Below are positions 40,007 to 47,786 of a DNA stretch of 64,000 nt, piece by piece. The notes beneath the pieces are model-generated. The model was not told the origin of the DNA. It did no database searches and worked only from the letters and a program-made list of their open reading frames with translations. Source of the stretch: Chloroflexota bacterium (GTDB taxonomy: Bacteria > Chloroflexota > Limnocylindria > Limnocylindrales > CSP1-4); assembly GCA_025351245.1 (NCBI GenBank), contig JANXWH010000152.1, forward strand, positions 8,824-72,823. The letters are read 5' to 3'. The number at the start of each line of letters is the position of its first letter. Position 1 is the first letter of the stretch. Made by a program: the position numbers and the translations under genes.

Positions 40007-40516
40007 TCAGCGCCCGAGCGCCCGGTCCGTTGCCTCGCGCAGCGCCTCGCTCTCCTCCGCGGAGAGCGCGCCCTCTGCGACGCCACGGGCCACGGCCTTC
40101 CCGTAGACGCGGGTCTGGTTCCGCGCGTGCAGGCTGGAGAGGACCAGGCCGTTCGCCTCCGGGTCTGCCAGGGCGAGCGCAAAACTCTGGTTCCCACCCG
40201 TGTCATCGAAGTTGTTGAAGCGGACCAGGCTGATGCCCTGCAGCGTGTGGCGAGCGCGCTCCTCGAGTACCGCGGCGCGGCCGTCGAGCTCGTCCTGGCG
40301 GCGCGCGACGGCGTACACCTTGTCGAGGTGCGCTTCGAGGACGTCGGCCAGGCTCTTGCCGTCGTCGCCGCGAGTGAGCGCCGCGAGCTGTGCCTCGAGC
40401 CGCCGCGCGCGCCGCGCGACGACCACGAGCACCCACGTGAGGATCGCCAGGGCGACCACGAGCAGGCCGACGATCGGCCCGATATTGACGCTGACGAGCG
40501 CGTTGAGGTCGCTCAC
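40007..40516 (-). CDS. DUF4446 family protein
   Basis: An N-terminal TM segment, a coiled-coil stretch, then VRFNNFDDTGGNQSFALAL, which is typical of DUF4446. Confidence 0.7.
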   Translation of the reverse strand: MSDLNALVSVNIGPIVGLLVVALAILTWVLVVVARRARRLEAQLAALTRGDDGKSLADVLEAHLDKVYAVARRQDELDGRAAVLEERARHTLQGISLVRFNNFDDTGGNQSFALALADPEANGLVLSSLHARNQTRVYGKAVARGVAEGALSAEESEALREATDRALGR

Positions 40517-40720
40517 GGGTCCTCCGGTGGGGCTGCGGCGAGTCTAGCAGGGCTCGCTCGCCCGGGGCCCCGTTCGCGGGCGCCACCGACACGCGCCGGA
40601 GCACCGCCGCCGCCGGTGCTATCCTTCAGCGTCGGCGGATGCGCACGCTCCCCGGTCCGACCACGCGTCTCAGCACGCCAGGCACCGGCGGCCGGGAAGA
40701 TCCAGGAGGCTCACCTCAGC

Positions 40721-41137
40721 ATGGCGAAGCGCCAGCGCGGCAGCACGCGACCGGGCCAGCGGTCGCCCACAAAGAGCATGACCGCGCGCCCGACCGCCGC
40801 GACGTCCCCGGCGCCTGCGCCGCAACGCCCGACCGGGACGCTCACCGACGACGAGCTGGCCCGCGCGGCCGAAATCGAGGCGCGCATCGTCGACGAGGAG
40901 CGCCAGGCAAACGCGTCGCTAGCGCGAAGTCGCGATCGCCGTCGAAGCGGGGCGGTCGAGATCCCGGTGCGCGGACGCAGCCGGGCCGTCAGCACGCTCG
41001 CGGTCGTCGCCGCCGACGAGTACCTGTACGTCCAGCGCGACTTGCGGCGTATCGCGATCGTCTTCATCGGCATCTTCGCGATCCTTTTCGCCGCGTTCAT
41101 CGTCTCGCAGATCGCCGGGATCGGCCGGGTCGCCTGA
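40721..41137 (+). CDS. hypothetical C-terminally membrane-anchored protein
   Basis: ATG at 40721 with AGGAGG about 11 nt upstream. It has a basic disordered N-terminus and a C-terminal TM segment (IAIVFIGIFAILFAAFIV). It is part of a longer shadow ORF in the track. Confidence 0.5.
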   Translation: MAKRQRGSTRPGQRSPTKSMTARPTAATSPAPAPQRPTGTLTDDELARAAEIEARIVDEERQANASLARSRDRRRSGAVEIPVRGRSRAVSTLAVVAADEYLYVQRDLRRIAIVFIGIFAILFAAFIVSQIAGIGRVA

Positions 41138-41181
41138 TCCGACGCCCCGTCGCCTGACCAACGGCCCGGGAGCAGCTGCAC

Positions 41182-42648
41182 GTGGCCCGCCGAGCCGCCG
41201 GAGCGGCCCCGGTACCCCTGTTCATCCCCCCGGATCGGTTGCGGCCGCTTGCCGACCGGATGCGGCCGCGCTCCCTGGACGAGGTCGTCGGTCAGGATGC
41301 CCTCCTCGGCCCGGGCGCGGCGTTGCGTCGCCTCGTCGAGGGTGGCCGGCTCCCGTCGTGCATCCTGTGGGGGCCGCCCGGGTCCGGCAAGACGACCATC
41401 GGCCGGCTGCTCGCCGAGGCGATCGGGGCGCGATTCGCCGCCCTCAACTCCACGACCGACGGTGTCGCGACGCTGCGTGGCGTGGTCGAAGAGGCCCGCA
41501 GCGCGGCGGCCCTGGAGGGCCGCACGACCGTCGTCTTCCTCGACGAGGTCCATCGCTACAGCAAGGCCCAGCAGGACTCGCTCCTCCCGCACGTCGAGGC
41601 CGGCACGATCGTGCTGGTAGGCGCGACGACGGAACCACCGATCGCCGGCGGCATCACCCCGCCACTCCTCTCGCGGCTCCGCGTCTTCCGGCTCCAGCCG
41701 CTTGGCGAAACGGACCTCGCGACGATCGCATCGCGCGCGCTCGCCGACCCGACGCTCGGCCTGGCCGGCGCGTACACGCTCGACGAGACCGCGACGCGTC
41801 AGCTGATCGGGTACGCGTCGGGTGATGCGCGACGCATGCTGGGGCTGCTCGAGACGGCCGCCCTGCTCGCCGAGCGGCGAGCGGTCGATGCGGCGGCGGA
41901 CGCCGACGGCAAGGACGCGGCGGGCGAGGCCGCCGCGGGCGAGGCCGCCGGCGATGAGGCGGTTGAAGCCCCCGGAGGCCAGCCCCCGGACGGCGCGCCC
42001 GGCCCCGTTGCCCGCCCCGTTGCCCGCCCCGTCATCGTCGAGTCCGCCGACATCGCGCGGGCAGCCCAGTCACCGATGCTGGGCTACGACCGCTCCGGCG
42101 TCATCAGCGCGCTCATCAAGAGCATCCGGGGCTCGGACCCGGATGCGGCGCTCTGGTGGCTTGCCACGGCCCTCGAGTCCGGCGAGGATCCGCGCTACCT
42201 CGCCCGCCGGCTCGTCATCTCCGCGTCGGAGGACATCGGGAATGCGGAGCCGGCCGGCCTGCCCCTTGCCGTGGCGGCCCTCACCGCGGTCGAGAAGATC
42301 GGCGCCGAAACGAACGACGAGGGCCTCTACGCGCTCGCGCAAACCGCCGTCTTTCTCGCCGCATCGCCCAAGTCCGCGGCCGCGGGCCGGGCCTTCTTCG
42401 CCGCCCGCGACGAGCTGCGCGCGCACGGCCCGCGTCCGGTTCCGGGGCATCTCCGGCCGGCCGCCAAGACCTATCGGAATCCGCACGACGCGGCGGGCGC
42501 CGCTGCCTACCAGGCATACCTGCCGCGCGGCGTCGCGGGTCGACGGTTCTGGGAGCCGACCGAGGCCGGGGCCGAGTCTCGCCTCCGCGAGCTCCACCTG
42601 GCCCGGCTCGACGCGAAGGCGGAGGCCCGGCGCCGGCGCAGCGAGTAA
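41182..42648 (+). CDS. rarA: replication-associated recombination protein A (MgsA/RarA AAA+ ATPase)
   Basis: Walker A GPPGSGKTT, Walker B FLDEVHR and an MgsA C-terminal region. It carries a ~50-aa A/G/E/P-rich insertion. Confidence 0.9.
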   Translation: MARRAAGAAPVPLFIPPDRLRPLADRMRPRSLDEVVGQDALLGPGAALRRLVEGGRLPSCILWGPPGSGKTTIGRLLAEAIGARFAALNSTTDGVATLRGVVEEARSAAALEGRTTVVFLDEVHRYSKAQQDSLLPHVEAGTIVLVGATTEPPIAGGITPPLLSRLRVFRLQPLGETDLATIASRALADPTLGLAGAYTLDETATRQLIGYASGDARRMLGLLETAALLAERRAVDAAADADGKDAAGEAAAGEAAGDEAVEAPGGQPPDGAPGPVARPVARPVIVESADIARAAQSPMLGYDRSGVISALIKSIRGSDPDAALWWLATALESGEDPRYLARRLVISASEDIGNAEPAGLPLAVAALTAVEKIGAETNDEGLYALAQTAVFLAASPKSAAAGRAFFAARDELRAHGPRPVPGHLRPAAKTYRNPHDAAGAAAYQAYLPRGVAGRRFWEPTEAGAESRLRELHLARLDAKAEARRRRSE

Positions 42649-42659
42649 CCTCGCCGATA

Positions 42660-42688
42660 CCAAATGGGTTGACCGCCGAGCCATTTGG
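42660..42688 (+). terminator. hairpin or palindrome just after rarA (CCAAATGG-N13-CCATTTGG)
   Basis: An 8-bp perfect inverted repeat 12 nt after the rarA stop. It is unusually AT-rich for this sequence and has no U-tract, so it could equally be a protein-binding palindrome. Confidence 0.3.
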
Positions 42689-42893
42689 CGGTGCCTGCGG
42701 CCGGCTCCCGCCTCCGCCGCTGAACCGCCCGCGGGCGGCCTCGCCCGTGCCGCAGTCGCGCCTGCCGACGACCCTCCTGAGCCCCTGCGCCGCAGCGCGG
42801 AACCGGGACCGAGTTGGTCGGAACTCTGCATCTGATGGGCCATTCCCGACGTGCCGGCCCGTGCGCGGCTACGCGAACGGCGCGATCGTCCAT

Positions 42894-42938
42894 TGGATGC
42901 ACGCCGCGGATGCTGTTGTGGATGCACGTCGCATCCAC
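42894..42938. repeat. cluster of GGATGC hexamers (three direct, one inverted) including an 8-bp stem hairpin
   Basis: TGGATGCACG occurs at 42894-42903 and 42919-42928, and GGATGC at 42908-42913. The hairpin GTGGATGC-ACGTC-GCATCCAC spans 42918-42938. All lie in non-coding DNA. Confidence 0.6.
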
Positions 42939-43016
42939 GGCTCCCCGCTCGCGACTGCGGAACACGCGCGGACCCAGGCGCAGAACGTACGCCACGAGCG
43001 TGTGGAGTCACGCCTC

Positions 43017-43241
43017 TCACCGCCGCATCACGGACCTGAGCAGACGGGCAACCGGGCGACCGAGGAGCGCAACCAGCCCGATACCGATCCCGACGACGCC
43101 CGCGGCCACGCCATGCGGGAGGCCGTTGATGGCCTCGAACAGGCCCACCTGTCGGACAACCCCGCCCAGGTCCATTGGCGTCTCGTCGGGCGGCTCAGGT
43201 CGCCTGGACAGGCGGACCGAGCGACGCCTGGACCTGGCCAT
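43017..43241 (-). CDS. possible small membrane protein downstream of vapC
   Basis: A 74-codon sub-ORF with its ATG preceded by GGGGAGGG at 7-nt spacing. It has a basic N-terminus and one TM segment (GVVGIGIGLVALLG). No homology is recognised. Confidence 0.35.
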   Translation of the reverse strand: MARSRRRSVRLSRRPEPPDETPMDLGGVVRQVGLFEAINGLPHGVAAGVVGIGIGLVALLGRPVARLLRSVMRR

Positions 43242-43334
43242 CTTGTCGCCCTCCCCAGCACGCTCAAGCATCACACCATGATGCGACGCACGGCGCGCGC
43301 CGGCAATGACCGTGTCTCTGCGCCCGCTGCCCAT

Positions 43335-43757
43335 TCACGGCTCCAGGTCCAGGAGCCGCTCCCCCCGCGGGCCGCGCGGCACCAGCACTGCCAGCGGCCG
43401 CCGATCGAACGTGGCGATCCGGTGAACGCCCAGGCGCCCGGCGGCGGCCACGAGGAGCGCGTCCGAGAGGCGGGGATGGTGCTCGGCATGCTCCACCAGC
43501 AGCGCGGCGGCGCGGACGAGGTCCTCGTGGGTGGGTGCAACAACCCGGATCGCACCGCTCGTCAGCGCCTCGACGAGGGCGAGCGCCGCCGGCTGGCCCA
43601 GCTCACGCTGGAGAACGTGGTCGGCCTCGCCCAGGGTGAGGGCGCCGAGCAGGAGCGGCTCGTCGACGCGTCCGAACCAGGCACGGGCGGCGTCGTGGTT
43701 GAGGTCCGCCGTGTCGGCCGCAGCGATGATCGCCGACACGTCCAGCAGCACCGCCAT
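43335..43757 (-). CDS. vapC: PIN-domain toxin VapC
   Basis: 140 aa. An N-terminal LLDVSAII acidic residue and the later conserved acidic positions (EAD, SDALL) fit the PIN fold. It lies immediately downstream of an RHH gene. Confidence 0.8.
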   Translation of the reverse strand: MAVLLDVSAIIAAADTADLNHDAARAWFGRVDEPLLLGALTLGEADHVLQRELGQPAALALVEALTSGAIRVVAPTHEDLVRAAALLVEHAEHHPRLSDALLVAAAGRLGVHRIATFDRRPLAVLVPRGPRGERLLDLEP

Positions 43758-43760
43758 TCG

Positions 43761-44021
43761 TCAGCCGCCCCCGTCGGCCCGTCGTCGCGTACCGACCTCG
43801 CGCTCGGCGATCCGGCGGGCGTCGAGCGACAGGCGCCCATGCGCGCTCCGCCCCACCCCGATGAACGCGAGCGGCGGGGCGGCCTCGTGGGCAGCGAGAT
43901 ATGCCTCCAGCGCAGCCGCGATCACCGCCGTCTTGGTCGACCGCGTCCGCCGGGCATGCCGGTCCAGCCGATCCAGCAGGTCCGGCTCGGCCAGGATCGT
44001 GGTCCGCTTCAGCGAAGGCAT
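43761..44021 (-). CDS. vapB: ribbon-helix-helix antitoxin (VapB/CopG-like)
   Basis: N-terminal KRTTILAEPDLLDRLDRHA is the typical RHH beta-strand plus helix. It ends 4 nt before vapC. The start is ambiguous: ATG 44021 or GTG 44060. Confidence 0.7.
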   Translation of the reverse strand: MPSLKRTTILAEPDLLDRLDRHARRTRSTKTAVIAAALEAYLAAHEAAPPLAFIGVGRSAHGRLSLDARRIAEREVGTRRRADGGG

Positions 44022-44140
44022 ATGCACGCATATATACCACGCTGGACGGGGCGCCTCCACCTCCCCTACCCTCAGGCCAGTTCGTGCGCGCCACCGGGCG
44101 CGGACGGCCGCGATCGACCGCCCTACCAGGAGGCGCTGCC

Positions 44141-45331
44141 GTGTATCGCTTCGAGCCCAATCTCCGGATCCCCGGCCCGACCCACCTGCCCCCCTCGGTG
44201 CGAGAGGCCGGTGGGCGCCAGATGATCAACCACCGCGGCCCCGAGTTCGCGGCCTTGCTGGCCCGAATCGATCGCCGCATGCGGGTCTTCTTCGGTACCC
44301 GGCAGGAGGTCCTGCTCATCACCGCGGCCGGCACGGGTGGCCTCGAGGCCGCCATCGTCAACGCGCTCTCCCCCGCCGATCGCGTGCTCGCCGTCCCCAA
44401 CGGCGCGTTCGGCGATCGCTTCGCGAAGATCGCGAGCGTGTATGGCGCCGATGTGACGCGCCTCGAGACCGAGTGGGGCCGGGCCGCCGATCCGGCGGCG
44501 CTGCGCGCCCATCTCGCGGCTGACGCCGACTACCGTGCGGTCCTGCTGACCCACAACGAGACCTCGACCGGCGTCACGAACCCGATCGCGGCGCTCGCCG
44601 CGGTGGTGCGAGAGCTCGCTCCCGAGGCGCTCATCCTCGTCGACGGCGTCTCCGCGCTCGGCGCAGTCCCGTTCGAGATGGACGCCTGGGGCCTGGACGT
44701 GGTGGTGACCGGTTCCCAGAAAGCGTGGATGGCCGCCCCGGGGATGTCGATGATCGCCCTCTCGGATCGCGCGTGGGTTGCGGCCGATGGGGCGCGCATG
44801 CCGCGCTTCTACTTCGACCTTCGCGACGCGCGGAAGTCGGCCGCCACCGGCCAGACGCCCTGGACGCCCGCAGTCGCGGTGATGTACCAGGTTGACGCGG
44901 GCCTCGCGCTGATGGAGGCCGAGACACCCGCGGGGGTGTTCGCTCGCCACGCGACCTGCGCCGCTGCGACCCGGGCGGGGCTGGAGGCGCTCGGCTTCCG
45001 GCTCCTGGCCGACCCGGCGTTCGCGTCGAACACGGTGACGGCGGCCTGGATTCCCGAGGATCTCGACTGGAAGGCGTTCAACGGCGAGGTGAAGGCCCGC
45101 CAGGTCGTCCTCGCCGGCGGCCAGGGCACGTTGAAGGGGAAGATCTTCCGGGTCGGCCACCTCGGCGCGGTCAACGTGGATGACATCCTGGGCGCGATCG
45201 GCGTCCTCGAGGAGGTCGCCCGGGCGTTCGGCCGGCCGGTTGAGCCGGGCGCGGCGGTCGCCGCCGCCCAGCGCGCGGTCCTCGCCACGGTCGAGGCCCG
45301 TCTCACCGTTGCCGAAGGCGTCCCGGCATGA
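44141..45331 (+). CDS. class V aminotransferase (AGXT / archaeal-type phosphoserine aminotransferase family)
   Basis: PLP lysine in GSQKAW and sequence like serine-pyruvate/phosphoserine aminotransferases. GTG at 44141 with AGGAGG 7 nt upstream. The stop overlaps the serA start. Confidence 0.8.
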   Translation: MYRFEPNLRIPGPTHLPPSVREAGGRQMINHRGPEFAALLARIDRRMRVFFGTRQEVLLITAAGTGGLEAAIVNALSPADRVLAVPNGAFGDRFAKIASVYGADVTRLETEWGRAADPAALRAHLAADADYRAVLLTHNETSTGVTNPIAALAAVVRELAPEALILVDGVSALGAVPFEMDAWGLDVVVTGSQKAWMAAPGMSMIALSDRAWVAADGARMPRFYFDLRDARKSAATGQTPWTPAVAVMYQVDAGLALMEAETPAGVFARHATCAAATRAGLEALGFRLLADPAFASNTVTAAWIPEDLDWKAFNGEVKARQVVLAGGQGTLKGKIFRVGHLGAVNVDDILGAIGVLEEVARAFGRPVEPGAAVAAAQRAVLATVEARLTVAEGVPA

Positions 45332-46911
45332 GGATCCTCGTCGCGGAGCCCCTGGCCAGGGAGGGAGTCGAGATCCTCCGGCGCCACCACGACGTCGACG
45401 AGAAGGTCGGTCTCACGCCGGAGGAGTACCGGGCGATCCTGCCCGAGTACGACGCCCTCGTCGTGCGCAGCCAGGTGAAGGTCGACGCGGAGATGATCGC
45501 CGCGGGCACCCGCCTGACGGTGATCGGCCGGGCCGGCGTGGGCGTTGACAACGTGGACCTGGACGCGGCGACGCGGGCCGGGATCACCGTGGTGAACGCG
45601 CCCACGGGGAACACCATCGCGGCGGCCGAGCTGACGCTGGCCCTCCTCTTCGCGCTGGCCCGCAAGGTCCCCGCGGCGGACGCCTCGATGCGGCGCGGCG
45701 AGTGGAAGCGGAGCGCCTTCTCGGGCCACGAGCTACGCGGCAAGACACTCGGCATCGTGGGCCTCGGGAAGATCGGCCAGGCGATCGCCGACCGGGCGCG
45801 CGCCCTCGAGATGATCGTCATCGGCAGCGACCCCTTCGTGTCCGCCGAGCAGGCGGCGCGCCACGGGATCGAGCTCGTCCCGTTCGAGGAGCTCCTGGGG
45901 CGCTCGGACGCGGTCACGCTCCACGTTCCCGTCACGAAGACCACGAAGGGACTGATCGGCGCCGCCGAGCTGGCCCGGATGAAACCTTCCGCCTTCCTCC
46001 TCAACGTCGCCCGCGGCGCGGTCGTGGACGAGGCCGCGCTCGCAGCGGCGCTCCGCGCCGGCACGATCGCGGGAGCCGGGATCGACGTCTACACGACAGA
46101 GCCGCCGACCGGCAACCCGCTCCTCGACGCGCCGAACACGGTCCTCACGCCGCACCTCGGCGCATCGACCGCCGAGGCCCAGGTGCTGGTGGCGGAGGAG
46201 GCATCTCAGCAGGTCCTCGACGTGCTGGACGGCCGGCCCGCGCGCTACGCGGTGAACGCGCCGCTCCTGACGCCCGAAACCGCGCGCGCGATTGCGCCGT
46301 TCCTGCCACTGGCAGAGACGCTCGGCCGCTTCTACGCCCAGTTCGCCCGGGGAGCGGTGGAGACCCTCACCCTCGAGGTGGCCGGCGAGCTGGCCGCCCA
46401 CGACGTCACGCCCCTCCAGGCGGCAGTGCTGCGCGGCCTGCTCGAGGGAACCACGACGGAGCGCGTCAACCTCGTCAACGCGGCCCTCCTCGCGAAGGCA
46501 CGGGGGATCACTCTCGTCCAGCGGAAGACGCCCGACGCGGGCGCGTTCGCCACCCTGGTCACCGTAACCGGCGTCGCGGACGGCCTCCCGCACGCAGTCG
46601 CCGGGACGCTCGCGAACGGCGAGCAGCGACTCGTGCGCCTGGACGACTACGAGCTGGAGATGGCGCCCGCGCCGTGGATGCTCGTGACGCGCCACCAGGA
46701 CCGCCCCGGGATGATGGGCCGGATCGGGATCATGCTCGGCGAGGCGGACATCAACATCAGCGCGATGCACCTGGGCCGCTCCGCACCGCGGAGCGATGCG
46801 TTCATGCTCCTCGCCCTGGACGAGGCCGTCCCCGACGACGTCGCCGATCACATCCGGGCGATGGACGGCGTCCTGGACATCTGGAGCGTCGAGCTCGGAG
46901 ACGGCGCGTGA
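45328..46911 (+). CDS. serA: D-3-phosphoglycerate dehydrogenase (long form with ASB and ACT domains)
   Basis: 527 aa with NAD motif GLGKIGQAIA, catalytic region NVARG...TPHLG, and a C-terminal ACT-like regulatory domain. Confidence 0.9.
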   Translation: MRILVAEPLAREGVEILRRHHDVDEKVGLTPEEYRAILPEYDALVVRSQVKVDAEMIAAGTRLTVIGRAGVGVDNVDLDAATRAGITVVNAPTGNTIAAAELTLALLFALARKVPAADASMRRGEWKRSAFSGHELRGKTLGIVGLGKIGQAIADRARALEMIVIGSDPFVSAEQAARHGIELVPFEELLGRSDAVTLHVPVTKTTKGLIGAAELARMKPSAFLLNVARGAVVDEAALAAALRAGTIAGAGIDVYTTEPPTGNPLLDAPNTVLTPHLGASTAEAQVLVAEEASQQVLDVLDGRPARYAVNAPLLTPETARAIAPFLPLAETLGRFYAQFARGAVETLTLEVAGELAAHDVTPLQAAVLRGLLEGTTTERVNLVNAALLAKARGITLVQRKTPDAGAFATLVTVTGVADGLPHAVAGTLANGEQRLVRLDDYELEMAPAPWMLVTRHQDRPGMMGRIGIMLGEADINISAMHLGRSAPRSDAFMLLALDEAVPDDVADHIRAMDGVLDIWSVELGDGA

Positions 46912-47786
46912 CTGACGCGCCCGGGACGGTCGCGCCCCTCGCCGTCCCATCAGATCTCGCCGCATCGCTCGTCCTGCTCCGGCATGGCCAGTCCGTCTGG
47001 CTGGCCGAGGGCCGCTTCCAGGGTCAGGCCGACACGCCCCTCTCGCCGCTCGGGGAGCGCCAGGCGGCGCTCGCCGGCATGCGACTGGCCGACCCGGCGG
47101 CCGCGCCGCGGCTGCCGGTGCCACCGGGGGACCCCATCGCGATCGTCCACTCCCCGCTGGCCCGGACCGCGCAGACGGCGGCCGCGGTGGCGGCGGCCAT
47201 CGCGGCCCGCGGCCGGCCGGCGCCGCCGCTCATCCCGGAGCCGGGCCTTCTCGAGATCGCGCAGGGTGCCTGGGAGGGGCTATACCAGCGGGAGGTCGAG
47301 GCAGGCTGGCCGGCCGAGGTCGCCGGTTGGCGCCGCGACCCCGTCCGGACCTTCGCGCCCGGAGGCGAATCGCTGATCGAGGTGGACCGGCGGGTCCGGG
47401 AGGCGCTCGCCCGGGTGATCGACAGGCTCGCCCACGCATCCACGACCGTTGCCAACGCCGAGCGTGCCGCTGCCGTTCCCGGCTCCCCGGCCCCGGTTGC
47501 CGGGTCGTTCTACGACCCCCATGCCGGGCCGTGGACGCTCCTCGTCGGCCACGACGGGGCGTTCAAGGTCGCGCTGCTCGCGCTGCTCGGCCTGCCCCTC
47601 GACCGCTTCTGGACGTTCACCCAGACCACGACCGGGATCGCCGTCCTCGACATTCGCAACGGCCGGACGGTCCTGCGAGCCTGGAACCGGACGGAGCACC
47701 TCGCGCCGCTGGAGATCGAGGCGGGAGACGCGGAACGGCGCGCCGAGGACGAGGCCGCTGCGCGTTCCCGCAGCGGCGCCCTCTAG
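46908..47786 (+). CDS. histidine phosphatase (dPGM-like) family protein
   Basis: RHG motif LLRHGQS, the second catalytic His in GHDGAF, and a GTG start overlapping the serA stop (GTGA). The 5' 400 codons of the 694-aa track ORF are a shadow of serA. Confidence 0.8.
   Translation: MTDAPGTVAPLAVPSDLAASLVLLRHGQSVWLAEGRFQGQADTPLSPLGERQAALAGMRLADPAAAPRLPVPPGDPIAIVHSPLARTAQTAAAVAAAIAARGRPAPPLIPEPGLLEIAQGAWEGLYQREVEAGWPAEVAGWRRDPVRTFAPGGESLIEVDRRVREALARVIDRLAHASTTVANAERAAAVPGSPAPVAGSFYDPHAGPWTLLVGHDGAFKVALLALLGLPLDRFWTFTQTTTGIAVLDIRNGRTVLRAWNRTEHLAPLEIEAGDAERRAEDEAAARSRSGAL

Noticed and set aside
45702-47786. 694-aa plus-strand ORF
   Set aside because: The first ~400 codons are an out-of-frame shadow of serA (R/P/G-rich). 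The real gene is the C-terminal histidine phosphatase, starting at the GTG at 46908 that overlaps the serA stop.
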